A DNA stretch of 64,000 nucleotides from positions 8,662,761 through 8,726,760 of the forward strand of contig SMSO01000031.1 of NCBI GenBank assembly GCA_004764695.1, written 5' to 3'. The notes beneath the pieces are model-generated. The model ran no database searches. It was not told the origin of the DNA and saw only the letters and a program-made list of their open reading frames with translations. A program made the position numbers and the translations under genes. How positions within the stretch are numbered: position 1 is the stretch's first letter; every line of letters begins with the position of its first letter. Source of the DNA: Schizochytrium sp. TIO01. Lineage: Eukaryota > Protista > Bigyra: Labyrinthulomycetes. Below, piece by piece: positions 1 to 12,400 of the stretch.

Positions 1-3000
1 TCTGTGCCTGCCTGGGCTCGGCGCCTGCTTATCAGGAGTGGTGCGAGGCGTGACCGAACTTCAAGCTCGAGCTTTGGGAAAACTGAAAACTGCCTCGGGA
101 ATCTTCGTCTCTGGAGTAGCTATAGATATCGTGTCGAGGGATTACATCTTCAAGATCAGCGCCGGGCTTTGGAATTTACTGACTCCTTGGAGGCATCGTT
201 GATAGAAGCAGTGTTCTTCGTCCAAACTCGCTTTGATCGAAACCTTCTTCGGGATCGTCAGCAGTAAGTGCCGATGAACCTCACGGTAGGCCACGCCGCG
301 AATCTGCAGTCCCTGCGTCGTTTAAATTTTGATGGATTGTGGCACTCACCTCATTTGCAATGGACTATGAACGCCATCGTGGAGATGCTCTCCATCATTC
401 GAAAGTGAAGCGACTCACTTTCTTTGTCAGGAAGTTCTGCTTCTGGTCGTGGACCCTTAAAAAAGGTGGGTTAGGCTTCGACACTCCGCTCTACAGTCTA
501 AACTCTAAAGTTTTAATTTTGGTGCTGCTCAGGCAGCTGTTGGCCGAGGACGAGCGAGATGGGTTGGCCGAGTTCTCGTAGCTGGCGCTGATTTCGTGCC
601 GGGCGCCTGCTATGTACACCAGTGGCGCATACCTTTGTCGTCGTGGCCTTCCTTGACTTTGTCGCCGCCTGCGGAACGAAGCAGATCCCGTTCCTCGTCC
701 TCGCTGAGCCGCCTCTCTTGGGGAAGCGACTACCTATGCAAGCAAATAAGAAAACAAGCAATCAAGTCTCCCGCTGCTCTCTTTGATCGCCCCGATCGGC
801 GTACATCGCGCCTGGAAGTTGAACTGACGTATCGGGGTATTCTTTTTTCATCATTGTAGCCTCATCATATGCAACCTGAAGTTTGCAAAGTTGAGGCCTG
901 AAACTTCTCTCGGTGGCATTGATCTACTCATATAATACTGGTATACTAGTAGAGTAGTAGAAAAGTAGAATCCTCTCATCTTCCGGCTGTGTTTTGCGCC
1001 AAGAACCATTTCTGGTGAGGCGCCTCATTCCGCAACGACGAATCCTCATCGATCAAATGTATAGTAAAAGAAGAAAAAGAAGAAGACTTTCAAAATGTAC
1101 CGCCCGCGGTGCACCAGATCAGCCTTCATATAGCCCACCGCTTCTGTTCCTGGAGCGGGACTTCTGTTGGTCAGATAATGTTTGACGAGCAAGCTCCTTT
1201 CATTCGACTGCTGCTGATGCCATTACTTCTTCTTCTTCTTCTTCTTTCCTCTCTGCAGGCGAGGCGGCGAAAACAAAAGGAACGAGCGCGTAGAGTCATA
1301 GACCATAGACGGTGTTACGTGGGTGGGTGATGATGCCATTACCGATCTCGCATCCTTGGCAAGTAGTACTACCAGTAGAGCAGCCAAACATTATGACAAG
1401 GCCAGATTCGCGCAAAGAAAGGTCGCCGCCACGAAGGAAGTTAGCATTAGTCAGCTCAAAGCAAGCCACAGGAAGTAATTCCCAGACATCTTTTCTAGCT
1501 AGAGCAAGTTGAAGAAAGAAACGCAACTAAGAGGTTTAAAATCTACATTATCGACCATGAGCTAGATTCCAGTATTCAAGTAAGTCGTTCATTACATAGC
1601 GACGCTTCTAAAAAGAGAGAGAGAGGAGTCGTCGTGATCTTTGACGCCGCCGCCACTGTGGCCTCTAAAACAAAAGTCTCACTGAGGTCCATAATAAGCT
1701 GAGGCCAAACGCGCCGTACCTCCTGCTGAATCCTCGCTTTTGGGAACTCCTCGCTTCTGCCAACTACCTCAACTAGACTCTAATATTGTCATTATTAAGC
1801 CCATCCCTCGTTTGAGCCTATCTCAAAGAGACCGCTTTTGGAGTTTGGCAGCTTTCTGGGCTGAATGCAAAAAGGTAGAACCCCACCAGTTAAAGAGAAA
1901 TTCTGTGTAAAAGCTCTGTTCTTTAGTGTTCTTTTTTCTCTCTCTTTTAAGTATTTTGGTTGAAATCTTTAAACAGAACTTTGAAAGAAAAGAAAAGAAA
2001 AGAAGAGGTAATTTGGTAGAGCTCAGGTGGAAGGAGAACTAAGATAGCTCGCGGCTTCAGCGCCACATTTATTTGCTTTGTTCGAGTTGTGCAAATACCA
2101 AGACAGACTCTAGATACCTGCAGAGCAACTAGCTAGTTTAGGATGTACTACAAAAGCACCTCCTGTAATAGACTATGATTGTCAAAGGTGCCCTCGAGAA
2201 GCAGTAGAATTTTTGAAAAACAGTAACTAGCAAAATGGTGGAGAGCTCTTAAAGTTGGCCGTCTCAGAGACAACCAAGAAATGAATGGGTGCCAAAGACC
2301 TTTTCAGATAGTGCCTTGAGGGTTCAGGATATACTCAAACACTCATTCAGAGGTAGATTAGGAGAAAAGAAAAGTCATCATTTGATTTTTCAGAGCTCTT
2401 GGCATCCAAGATGACTCTAGCTAGCAACACTATATATACAAACGATCAATCCTCCTTTGTTTTAATCAAAAGAACAAAACAAAAACAAATAAATCCGGCT
2501 CATGAATGCAAGAACAATATGTTTCCTGAAAGGAGGGCGTCTTTTCTAGTTGGAATTTGCAGCGGTAGTACTTGCAGCTGAGACTTTGAGGTTATGAGAG
2601 TGAATAAGGTGCACACCCTAGCTCTTAAAGTAAGTGCGCGTGGGGCTCTAGTATTAGTAAAGACCAAAAGTTTCACTATTCATTTGACCGAGTCAGTAGC
2701 CTCTCGGATTGACATTTCGATAGCTCCTGCTGGTCTTCTATTACGTCATGGACAGCCCCGTGCACAAGACATTCAAGGTGTATCAGGATAATCGTTGAAA
2801 CCGGGAAAAACTCAATTGTCCACCGGGGGGGTAAGAGCTCCAGTGTCAACCCCCTCAAAAGAGAAATGTGGCTCTGAGAATTCACGTGCATCACCCTTCT
2901 AATAGCCTGCTCGCAAAGGATTCTCGGCGGTAGCAGCCTCCTCCTATTCAATTTGCTTGTCAATGATAAGAAGACTGTGCTACAATGTCGCTCGAATTTC

Positions 3001-4690
3001 CATTATGTCGTGATGGTAGCAGGTAGATTTTGCAGTCCCTCGCTCGCAGCCCTCGTATATTCCCAATCTGAGTGGTAATAATAGCTCTAGGAAAAAAATA
3101 CTGTTGTTTCATGTGTTTTAATCCATCAAACAGAGAAAATCCCAGCGCGTGAAAACCCGCTCAGCTTTTGGCAGCCTCCTTGCCTGTTGCTACCAGTGCC
3201 AACCATGACACAAAAGTGTCAAATAAAGGAAATATTAAAAATACCACGGCAAACGAAAACAGTGAGAGAAAAAGATAGGACGTCGACTAGGGAAACAATG
3301 TGCTTTTTTGTTTTTGGTTTTTATCAAGATGAGATGTATGGCCATCATGGGCTCAAACTTAACACTCTTTGAAATCTTTTTCAGTTGCGCCGTCCGTCTT
3401 TGCATCTGCACAGCCAAATTTACGTCAAACACCTTCTGGATATGCTCAAACAACGCGGTGTTTGCCTTTGAGGTACTCCGGCTTCTCTTTTCTGATGAAA
3501 TATAGTTTGCAAAGGCCACTTTTGTTGAGATAAACGAATGGATTTATGCTTGCGAAAACTTTAGCTGGGCATTTATTCGTCTCTCTCATCTTTGGTGGCT
3601 AAAGCTATTATCCTAACATGGCTGTGAAGTAACATCTTAATTCCTGTTTATCAACTTGAAAATCCATGTCTACAGCATTTCAAACACCATAAATACAACG
3701 TAGCACATGCTTCGTGGAACCTTATTGCAATCTCACTGGTGAGAAGTTACTCCTGAAGATCATTTTTAAAAAGCAAAGATTCAAATCAAAGCATATTGAT
3801 GATGCTGTTGTGCAATAACACCAAAATAAATAAATGTGATATCGTTGACAGATAGAAGTATATTTATAATGAAAACAAAGCGAAATGCGGAATTCTCATG
3901 CAAGTAGAGCACATAATGCGTTGGTAGTATTAATGTGATAAATAGCTTGCTCAATGAAGTTGTAAATAAACATAATACAACGAAAGAAATTCAAATCGAG
4001 ATAGTGGAATTCATTTTTAGAACTTCTCTCTTTTTTGACAAATGACGCAACTTTGGTATTGGCGACATATAGTGCATTCCGATATGATCAAAGGGTACTC
4101 TCTTTGCAGGAATCAACGGTTATTGGAAGGCAGATATAGAGTAAGACTTTCATTTGGTTTATCTACAAGCAATTGGCTAGACAAGGTCATTATAGTGAGA
4201 ACAAAGAATATTAAAAATGGGGTTTTGCTAACTACGACCTATAGAACGGACCATCATAAACAGAGAAGCAACAGGAGAACTCTCCTGTAAAGTAAAGCGA
4301 GCCCATCATCGATATACCCAAAGCTTCAATTATAGTAATCGTGTAAGACGAATGCATATTCAGCCAAATCTTTCACCTCAAACATGGTGCAAAACCAGGT
4401 AAAATAAAGTTATCTGGTGTGAAATCGTGGAAAAATCGAAACCAAAAGATTTGGCTTGAATAACATCCTTGCAGAGTTTGTTCAAAAGGTAAAAATACAT
4501 TGCTGGAATGCAGCAAATTGCTTGTACTTCAAAAAGTTCTCATACCAGCACAGTTCATGCATAAATCATGAAAATCAGGGTATCTAAGGTTTTGCATAGA
4601 TTCTTGATTAAGATAGTGAGTCTTGCAAAAACTCAAGGTGATGTTTAGTTGGCTACTTGCTATACACACACTCGAATAATGCGATAATAA

Positions 4691-5185
4691 TTAGAGTCTT
4701 TTGGCCATACCCACCATATAGCTGTCAAGCTTCTTGCGGAAATTACTATTAGCAATCGGGGCACCTGGTTTAAACATGGGATCCTTGACCACCATATTTA
4801 CGTACAATTCAGAGTAGACATGGCGCAACGCGGTCTGAATATCCTTTAACAAATGGTCCGCACATTTATCCGTGTTGAGCACAAAACGAAGACCGGAGGC
4901 GGTCTCGTACTGATGCAATGTAAATTTATTCGTGGAAAAGGAGGTTAAGTTACCTCCAGTCTCGGGCGTCTCGATGCCATTTCCTACATTCGGATTCGTG
5001 GTTACATTATTGCTTGGCGAAAACTTACGTCCAAGCTGTTTCAAGGAGAAAAGAAGGCCAAATACCAGCTTAGCATCCTCATCTGGGTTGTCGGCAAGCG
5101 GATTATGCTCACGCGACCACTCCTGATAAAACAAGCAAACACCTCTGCGATCAAAGATGTAAAAGTTAAAGATTGAGAACACCAT
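4691..5185 (-). CDS. TRAPPC1: TRAPP complex subunit 1 (BET5, sybindin/longin-like)
   Basis: Translation has FYIFDRRGVCLFYQEW, KLVFGLLFSLK, FSTNKFTLHQYETASGLRFVLNTD, ALRHVYSELYV and VVKDP, all characteristic of Bet5/TRAPPC1. First ATG is at 5185; the ORF track starts upstream at a TTG. Confidence 0.92.
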   Translation of the reverse strand: MVFSIFNFYIFDRRGVCLFYQEWSREHNPLADNPDEDAKLVFGLLFSLKQLGRKFSPSNNVTTNPNVGNGIETPETGGNLTSFSTNKFTLHQYETASGLRFVLNTDKCADHLLKDIQTALRHVYSELYVNMVVKDPMFKPGAPIANSNFRKKLDSYMVGMAKRL

Positions 5186-6933
5186 TATAATGTTCAATCA
5201 AGCAGACGCTTCACGATTCCCTTACGTGAGTGCCTTCCTTCCTTTGCGATGCTCGTTCGACGGTAGCAGAGAATGCACAGGATCACCAGTGGCCAGCTTA
5301 CGCTAGCTGCCCTCAGCAGGTCTTTTCCTCCGTCTCCCCTTATTCAACAAGGACCTACTCACTTGCTGGTAGCGTGCGAGCCCCAACACGCGAGCGACCT
5401 CACGCAAGATCTTTGTTTGCAAAGATCGTCCATTCCATCTGGACAAAGAAGCCAATCTACGAAAAAGAAAGAAACGCCTAAAAGGTGTATTATTACACTC
5501 TTTTACAAACGCATACTAATACACACTTCAGAAATGCATACTAATACACTATTTTGCATCGAATCTAGTATCTGGAAGGATGGCATATTTCCCACCAAAT
5601 TGAATGGCTTGCTCAGCCACCCTCGCTCTTGTAGGGTGGAGCTTTTTCCTGCAAGATGAGAGGCGACGAAGGCAGTGCCCTCAGTTTGCTGCCATCAGAA
5701 TTATTGGTGGAGCTGCAGAGCTGAAGTAGCTGGCCACTGTGCTGCCAAGTGAATGATTCCATTATGATGTGGGTTATGGGTGCCCAGAATTTGTTCATCA
5801 ACGATTCCACTTTATTTCGCTATGTCTACTTCCTCATAAATAAAAATGATAGTTTTCTCTGCTTCTCTGCACCAAACCCAGGTACACAGAAGCATCTCTC
5901 GCGCGAAAATACCTTTGGCACTGCCACGATACTTTGCAGGGGTGTCGCCAATACTTGGCCTGCTGGAGATACGAGCAGCTCTTCGCTCAAAGGGGCCTGG
6001 CTCCTCCAGGTTTCCCAGTCTCAACGGTGGCGCTGTTGGTTTCGCAGACGATGGATGGTTGATTGATGAGCCGACTCAAGCACCGAGCTGACAGCATAGC
6101 TCGAAGCTTCGCATGAGGCCTGAAGGAGGGTCCTCACTCGTACGAGTCGAGCAAACGGTTAAACGTGATCCGCCTCGAACGCGAAGACCGTGGTTTCGTT
6201 TCCATAGTTCTTTTGATCCCAAGATCATCCATAAATAACGTCGTGTCGAGTTGAGTTCCGAACCGCCCAAACCCAACGGCCACTCGGCCCGACTTCGAAG
6301 CGCAGCCCCCAAGACCGGTGCAGAAGCCGGCTTGGAGGGATGTCTGCTCGTGTACATAGAGAAGGCAACCTTTGGTGGGAATTGGACACCCAGGCTTTGA
6401 AGGTTATGGCTTCCAGGTTAGTGAACAACAAACAGCACATTGAGCTTTTTTGAGAGAACCCAAGATGTTCATATTTATAATAACAATATCTTGAGAAAAT
6501 GACCGCTTTAGACAAAGCCTTAAGAGCAGAATAGCACTGACTTTAAAAAAACTTTTAAAAAACTTTAAAAAAAAAAAAACTAATATGATAATTGTTTGTT
6601 TATAATAATAGTCTCATAATGATAGGATTGGCTCTGTCTCTGGAGGGGTTATTTTTAATAAGATTCTTTCTTTCTTTTTCTTCCTTTTTAATTTTTTAGC
6701 AGAATAGGGTCATATGACAGTGATTCAAGTATTGTTCTAGTATCGTTCGATCATTGCAAGAGCTGCTCGCATTCACCCATCGACAGGAGGGCTCGACGGT
6801 ACTCCCACGAGCGCATACTGTCGAGGCGACACCTCACTCTTTAGCTTCAGCTGTCCGGGCATAGGCGGTTGGAAAGCTGTCTTTGACAGTGGGTTAGGTG
6901 ATCTAATTTGTTTGTCTGCACAGCTCGGTCTGG

Positions 6934-8673
6934 ATGCGGCGGTCCAGTCTCCCGACCTTGGCACGCTCTCTGGCAGTGCTCGTGCTGATCGTGGCTGTGG
7001 CTTCTAGCAGCGTAAATGCCTCTGAGGATGTCACACATGACCTCTCTGGAGAAAACTACGGAAGCACATCAAGGTTGATGTCAACCACGAAGGAATCAAC
7101 CTCAAATTCGTTGACCTCGATGGCAGCGTCAGACTCATCCAAATCACCACCATCTTCGAAAGATGCTGCTGAGGAAGAGGACGTGTGCTCAGACGACACG
7201 TGGCTTCCAACGGATGATCCTGACTTCAAGCCATACGTTTTTGCGAGCGTGTTTCTCGTGTTCATGGGTGGCACTATGAGTGGTTTGCAGGCAGGTATGA
7301 TGCAACTCGACTCGCCCACGATCAAGTCGATGCGTGAGACAGCCTCACCAGTGTTCTTGTGGTTAATTGACCTTCTTGAGCCTCTGATTCGGAGAAGACA
7401 CCTCACCCTAGTTACGCTACTGGTGTCCAACGCAGTTGCAATGGAAACGCTCCCGATTTTCCTAGACGTTTTGGTGCCCAAGGCTATAGCTATCTTGCTT
7501 TCGGTAAGTATGGTGTTACTTTTTGGCGAGATTGTGCCCCAGGCACTGTGCTTACGATGGCCTGGCGAAATTTCGTGCATTTTTACACCTTTGGTCTGGG
7601 TGCTGCTGACAATATTTGCTCCAATTGTGTACCCGATCGCCTGGCTACTGGATCATCTCTTGGGCGACGAACACCACGCAATCTACTCAAGGGCAGGTCT
7701 TCATGAGCTGGCTCGCCAGCAAGCTAAGCTGACTGGACATGGTGTCCTTGAAGATGACGAGCTGGATATTATCACAGGAACGCTTGAGTTGCACGACAAG
7801 GTGGCCAACGACATATGTATCTCTCTCGATCACGCCTTCAAAGTTAGTTATCATGACACTCTCACAGATAAGGTTCTCAGAGATATCTTGGATCATGGCC
7901 ACAGCCGCGTACCTGTTTGGAAGGACTCGCCATCCAATATTATCGGAATCTTACTTGTCAAGCACCTCATTCGTATTGCCCCTGATGCAGAAATAAGGGT
8001 GCGTGATCTCCAAATTATGCCACTTCTAGTCACTGATCAAAACGTTTCTCTCTTTGCTCTACTACGCAGATTTCGCACGGGTGCTTGTCATATGGCTGCT
8101 GTGAAGCAGGTGGTTGACGTTGCTTCAGAGATTTCGCCATCACCTACTTCTGCTCGAGGCCGCGCTGCGTCTAGTTTTACCCGGAACCCAAGTGCATTGT
8201 CTCGTGGTCGCGGAGCTACAGAAGCGGAGGAGGAAATACACCTCAGCTGCATCAATCAGATTCCCATTAATGCAGTGGGTATTTTGACTCTTGAGGACAT
8301 CATCGAAGAGCTCCTAAAGCATGACATTGAGGACGAGACAGATCGTTGGGCACCCGTCAATGATGAACTTGATCAGCGCATGTCCAAGGTACGCAACCTT
8401 CGTGACAACCTTCTAAGTTCCTTAGAGAAGGGTGAACAGCGCAGTTCAAATAATACAGGAACTCAAGGAGAACGGGACAGCCTTTTGCGGCAGGATTCTG
8501 ATCAGCTTACCTCTGGATCCGCTAATTCAAGCGCAAAATCTGGTACATCCCAGACCAATCGACCCGCAAGTTTAAGTTATGGTTCCTTGAATGAATTCAG
8601 TGCACACGGTGGTTCTCGAGGTTCAACTCCCTCTGAAGATGGTGGAACTCTTCTGCGCATGATCCGAAAATAG
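6934..8673 (+). CDS. CNNM/DUF21 + CBS-pair metal (Mg2+) transporter
   Basis: N-terminal signal-like hydrophobic segment; DUF21 motifs GGTMSGLQAG, LVTLLVSNAVAMETLPIFLD and LLFGEIVPQA; CBS motifs GHSRVPVW, IIGILLVKHL, HMAAV and GILTLEDIIEELL; Ser-rich tail. Confidence 0.93.
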   Translation: MRRSSLPTLARSLAVLVLIVAVASSSVNASEDVTHDLSGENYGSTSRLMSTTKESTSNSLTSMAASDSSKSPPSSKDAAEEEDVCSDDTWLPTDDPDFKPYVFASVFLVFMGGTMSGLQAGMMQLDSPTIKSMRETASPVFLWLIDLLEPLIRRRHLTLVTLLVSNAVAMETLPIFLDVLVPKAIAILLSVSMVLLFGEIVPQALCLRWPGEISCIFTPLVWVLLTIFAPIVYPIAWLLDHLLGDEHHAIYSRAGLHELARQQAKLTGHGVLEDDELDIITGTLELHDKVANDICISLDHAFKVSYHDTLTDKVLRDILDHGHSRVPVWKDSPSNIIGILLVKHLIRIAPDAEIRVRDLQIMPLLVTDQNVSLFALLRRFRTGACHMAAVKQVVDVASEISPSPTSARGRAASSFTRNPSALSRGRGATEAEEEIHLSCINQIPINAVGILTLEDIIEELLKHDIEDETDRWAPVNDELDQRMSKVRNLRDNLLSSLEKGEQRSSNNTGTQGERDSLLRQDSDQLTSGSANSSAKSGTSQTNRPASLSYGSLNEFSAHGGSRGSTPSEDGGTLLRMIRK

Positions 8674-9488
8674 TGAGCTTATCGCGATGCTCTGATGTTT
8701 ATCCGCAGCCGTGGATACTTCCATGATCATGACATTCATTCCACTACGCAAAGTTTCTGAACTACCTGAATAACCAAACTATCTCTTGTGCAGAGATTGC
8801 TCTAACTCTGCACCATGAAGTATCTTTTTTTTGTAATATTGTGGAGGAAAATATGCAAAAAAATGAAAAAAGAAAAAAAGTGGGGAAAAGCGGGAGGTTG
8901 CACTTTTAGTTAACCGGGTGAATATACAAGCAAGTACTAATTTACTTCTAGTACTCTTTTCAATCATCATTCAATACTGACTCCTTCACCTGTAGATACC
9001 CTAATGAGCCAAGAATTACTGCAAGGATGGGGTCCTTTTTGGGATGGCACATCTCGTATATCCACGAGTTTCCGAAGGCTCCATTGATGACAACTTGAAT
9101 CATATCTTGGGTGGTCATGAATCATCAAGAATCCAGAAATTGTGAGGAAACCATATCAGCTCAAGAAATTCTAGTTCTCGGTTCTTGTTTCCCGCCGAAA
9201 TCAGGTTTTCTTCTTCTAAGAGGAATAAATAAACAGTGTTATTACCAGGAAATGGCAGGCTCCACGAGTATGCAAACTGCCCATCGTCTCTTCTTTTTAC
9301 ATAGTGGCACAGCATACAGAAAGCGAGATAGACTTGAAGCAATTCCAGAGAATTCCAAGCAATGAAGAAGTTACAAGTAAACCAGCAAAGTAGATTATGT
9401 TTTTTTTAGCTTTTTGAAATCAAGAATCCCCAAACTAAAACAGATTCACATTTTGAAAGTAGGAAGGTACTCTTTTCCCAAGCTTCAT

Positions 9489-12400
9489 TTAAATATGAAG
9501 CTGGCGCCCAGACGACATTGTCTTTAAGCGACCGGGAGTTATACGGGAACCCCGCCTGGCCCCACCTTGATTCAACCTATATCCTCCGTTGAGTACTTCA
9601 GTTACTGATTGATCGCCTTCACCACCATGTTCATCGACCATATCAACGTTTTGTCCAGTGAGGATAATATTAGCATTTGGCATGTCAGCACGACGAGGTT
9701 CGGCTGCTTCAAGAACCGCTTCCGCACGATCAGCTTCTGGAGCGAACTCGAGGTTTTTCAGAGCCCACTGAACTGTTCGCACTCTTTCATGCAATAATAA
9801 TACAATTGAAAGTTCGGTAATCAGCTCGTTGTAGTCGGAACGATGAGCAATGCCATATCTTACCAAGTGTTCATCAACACGTGCAAGCTTCTCATGAAGT
9901 GGATCGCGAAGGTCATAATAGTAAAACTGTGGTCGCTCAACAGCAGTTATTTTATCACACAAAGCATTCCAATGTTCCTGAATAGAGTAAACTTTTTCTA
10001 AAGGGAGCGCACGTGGCCGTGGAGGCTCGAATAAGATGTCAGCAAGCTCCATAACAAGTTCAGAAAAGTTATGAACGCCGCCGCGTTCCGGCTTATCTAA
10101 AGAAAAGCGAAGCAGTAAGAACTCAAGCCGGGTCCGAGGTGTTAGTGAGAGCGTGTTTATATCATCAGCCTCTAGTTGCTGAGAATCAGTCTGACGTCTC
10201 TTTTGCAAGCACTCTAGTAGCATACTTTGATCATGCTCCTTGGCGACGGCACGGATCAAGTCCGCTTGTGATGAAATTGCATTGATTCGAAATTTACCGC
10301 CGGCGCCCTCCATAAATTTTTCGATAGGTAATTGAACCTCAGCTTTCATACCAACTGTCACATTGAAAAGGGATGATCGATGCTTCCCCAAGGCATCGAA
10401 ATTTCGCGAGCGCCACTTTAACTCTTGCATATGCTTTTCTAGGTCGTCCGCTACGTCTATTTCATCATCATCATCATCAATAGAACCTTGCTTTGCCGTT
10501 CGAGCCTTTTCGCGATGCGGAAGCTCTTTTCCGACTCTCATACTTTTCCGCTTGATGTCTTGTGCACGGCTTGCACTGCTATAAAGGTCCTCCAGAGCTA
10601 CTGAAACAGGATTATAAGGTTCAGCAATATGAAAAAGACCTTCCCGGAGTAAGCTAGAGCGATAGACAAGATCTTGCTTCATCTGACGTTTTGTTTCCTC
10701 AGCAAGACCTACGCTAACAATTCGTTCGGCGCTAAATGCGCTTAAGGTTGAGATAAGACCAATGCCGATTAGCATTAGAATAAACATTAAAATCTGTGTC
10801 TCGATCTGTGTCACCTTATAATCTCCATAACCAACCGTGGTGACGGTTACGAGGGCAAACCAAATCACATTGCTAAAATCTCGAAAATCTTCTTGATGGT
10901 TCTGCTCAAAAATTTTGATGAACACTGTGCAGATAAGAATGATTACTACCACAAATGAGGCTAAATAAGCCATTGGCTTACGGACCATCAAAGAGATAAA
11001 AATAGCCTGTTGGGTGAACCGGCGGTACAAACGAAACAAACGAAAACCCTTAAATAATCTCATTGCATCAGGAAACCACACCGCTGTCAAAGGGATCTCA
11101 GTCAGCATCGCAGGTATATCATACCAATTATCACTAAAAAATGACCTTACAGTCGGCAGTTCCTTTTTGTCTCTTGTTAAGCATCGAAACGTGAAATCAA
11201 GAAAGAAAATGCCAAAGTTAAACACATCGATCCAAATCAGAACTCGCTCTGTTTTAGCCGAAACACCTCCATAAGGAATCAAAGGTGCAACAGCAATAAT
11301 GATAGATATCACTGTTAACAATAGGACAAATGTTTCTGTAGCAACCCCAACACTCTTACTACGCTCTATTGCATGATCGTACCAAACTTGTGCTCGAAGG
11401 TCGGCTTCTTGCTCTTCTATCTCTGCATTATACTTATTACGAAAAGCAGCATTGATAGCTACAGCGGAAAGTCGCCGTGCTACATTTCCAATACGCGTTT
11501 TTCTAGTAATCGCCTTTGAAATCTTACTTTGCAGAGCTCGGTCTTGGGATAAAGTTTGAGGACCATTTTTTTGTGCTACTGGAGATAAATGAACAATTGG
11601 ACTACTGACAATGTTTGCCTGTGTTCCAGAACGACCAAACAAATTTACAGAGCTATCACTGTGTTCTTTTTCTGAGTTTATGTCGCCTCCAGCTCGATGT
11701 GGGCCAACCTTAGCTGTTCTCTGCTGCTGCACAGCCGAATAACGATGAACCTCAGTGGTGTTCTGATTACTCTCTTGCTCATGAATTTTCTGAGCGATTA
11801 GACTCCACCGCCTCTCGAGATATTCACGCATCTTAATGTGAAATAGAAATAATGCAGCGCATACTACCATGAATGTGACAAACACACAATACATGATTAA
11901 GTCGTCGTTCAGTCCAGGAAAATCAATAAAATCTCGTTCGTCAGCATACCCATCACCATCGGAGTCAAATGAAAATCCATAATTTACTGGAAAGTCATCC
12001 AAAATATCGAAAAGACCATCATTGTCTTTGTCTAAATCCATAAGCTCAAAAACTTTTGGTCCACCTTCATATAACTCGGCAAGCCATACAACAGTGTCCC
12101 GAAACACTGAAGCGTCGATTATTCTTTTTGTGTCATTGTATTCTGGACGCAGAGATGGTGCTTCAAGAGCACAATGCACTATTTGAAGAGCATCGGGACT
12201 CCTTTCTGTTGCTGCAGGAAGACTTTTAATTCGAATCAGTCGAAGCTCATCGTCGATTCCATTTGAGTTTTCCCCACGAAGAAAGTAAGTAAGGGCACTT
12301 TCGGAATCTCGGTGGCTAAGACTTATTTCTCGAGGCCACGTACTATTCTCAAGATCTTGAAAGTTACGAGCATTAGAGATCTCAGCAAAGCGAATCTTGT

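Noticed and set aside
1-880. GC-rich stretch with several short ORFs at the left edge
   Set aside because: All minus frames I checked contain stops and no motif is recognisable; more likely UTR or promoter of a gene outside the window.
3235-3590. Minus-strand peptide FVYLNKSGLCKLYFIRKEKPE, faintly like a viral Bro-N motif, and the overlapping 94-aa ORF
   Set aside because: The match is too short, the frame closes after about 47 codons and no other viral hallmark is nearby.
5230-6515. Cluster of 65-128 aa overlapping ORFs between TRAPPC1 and CNNM
   Set aside because: No consistent frame, splice model or motif.
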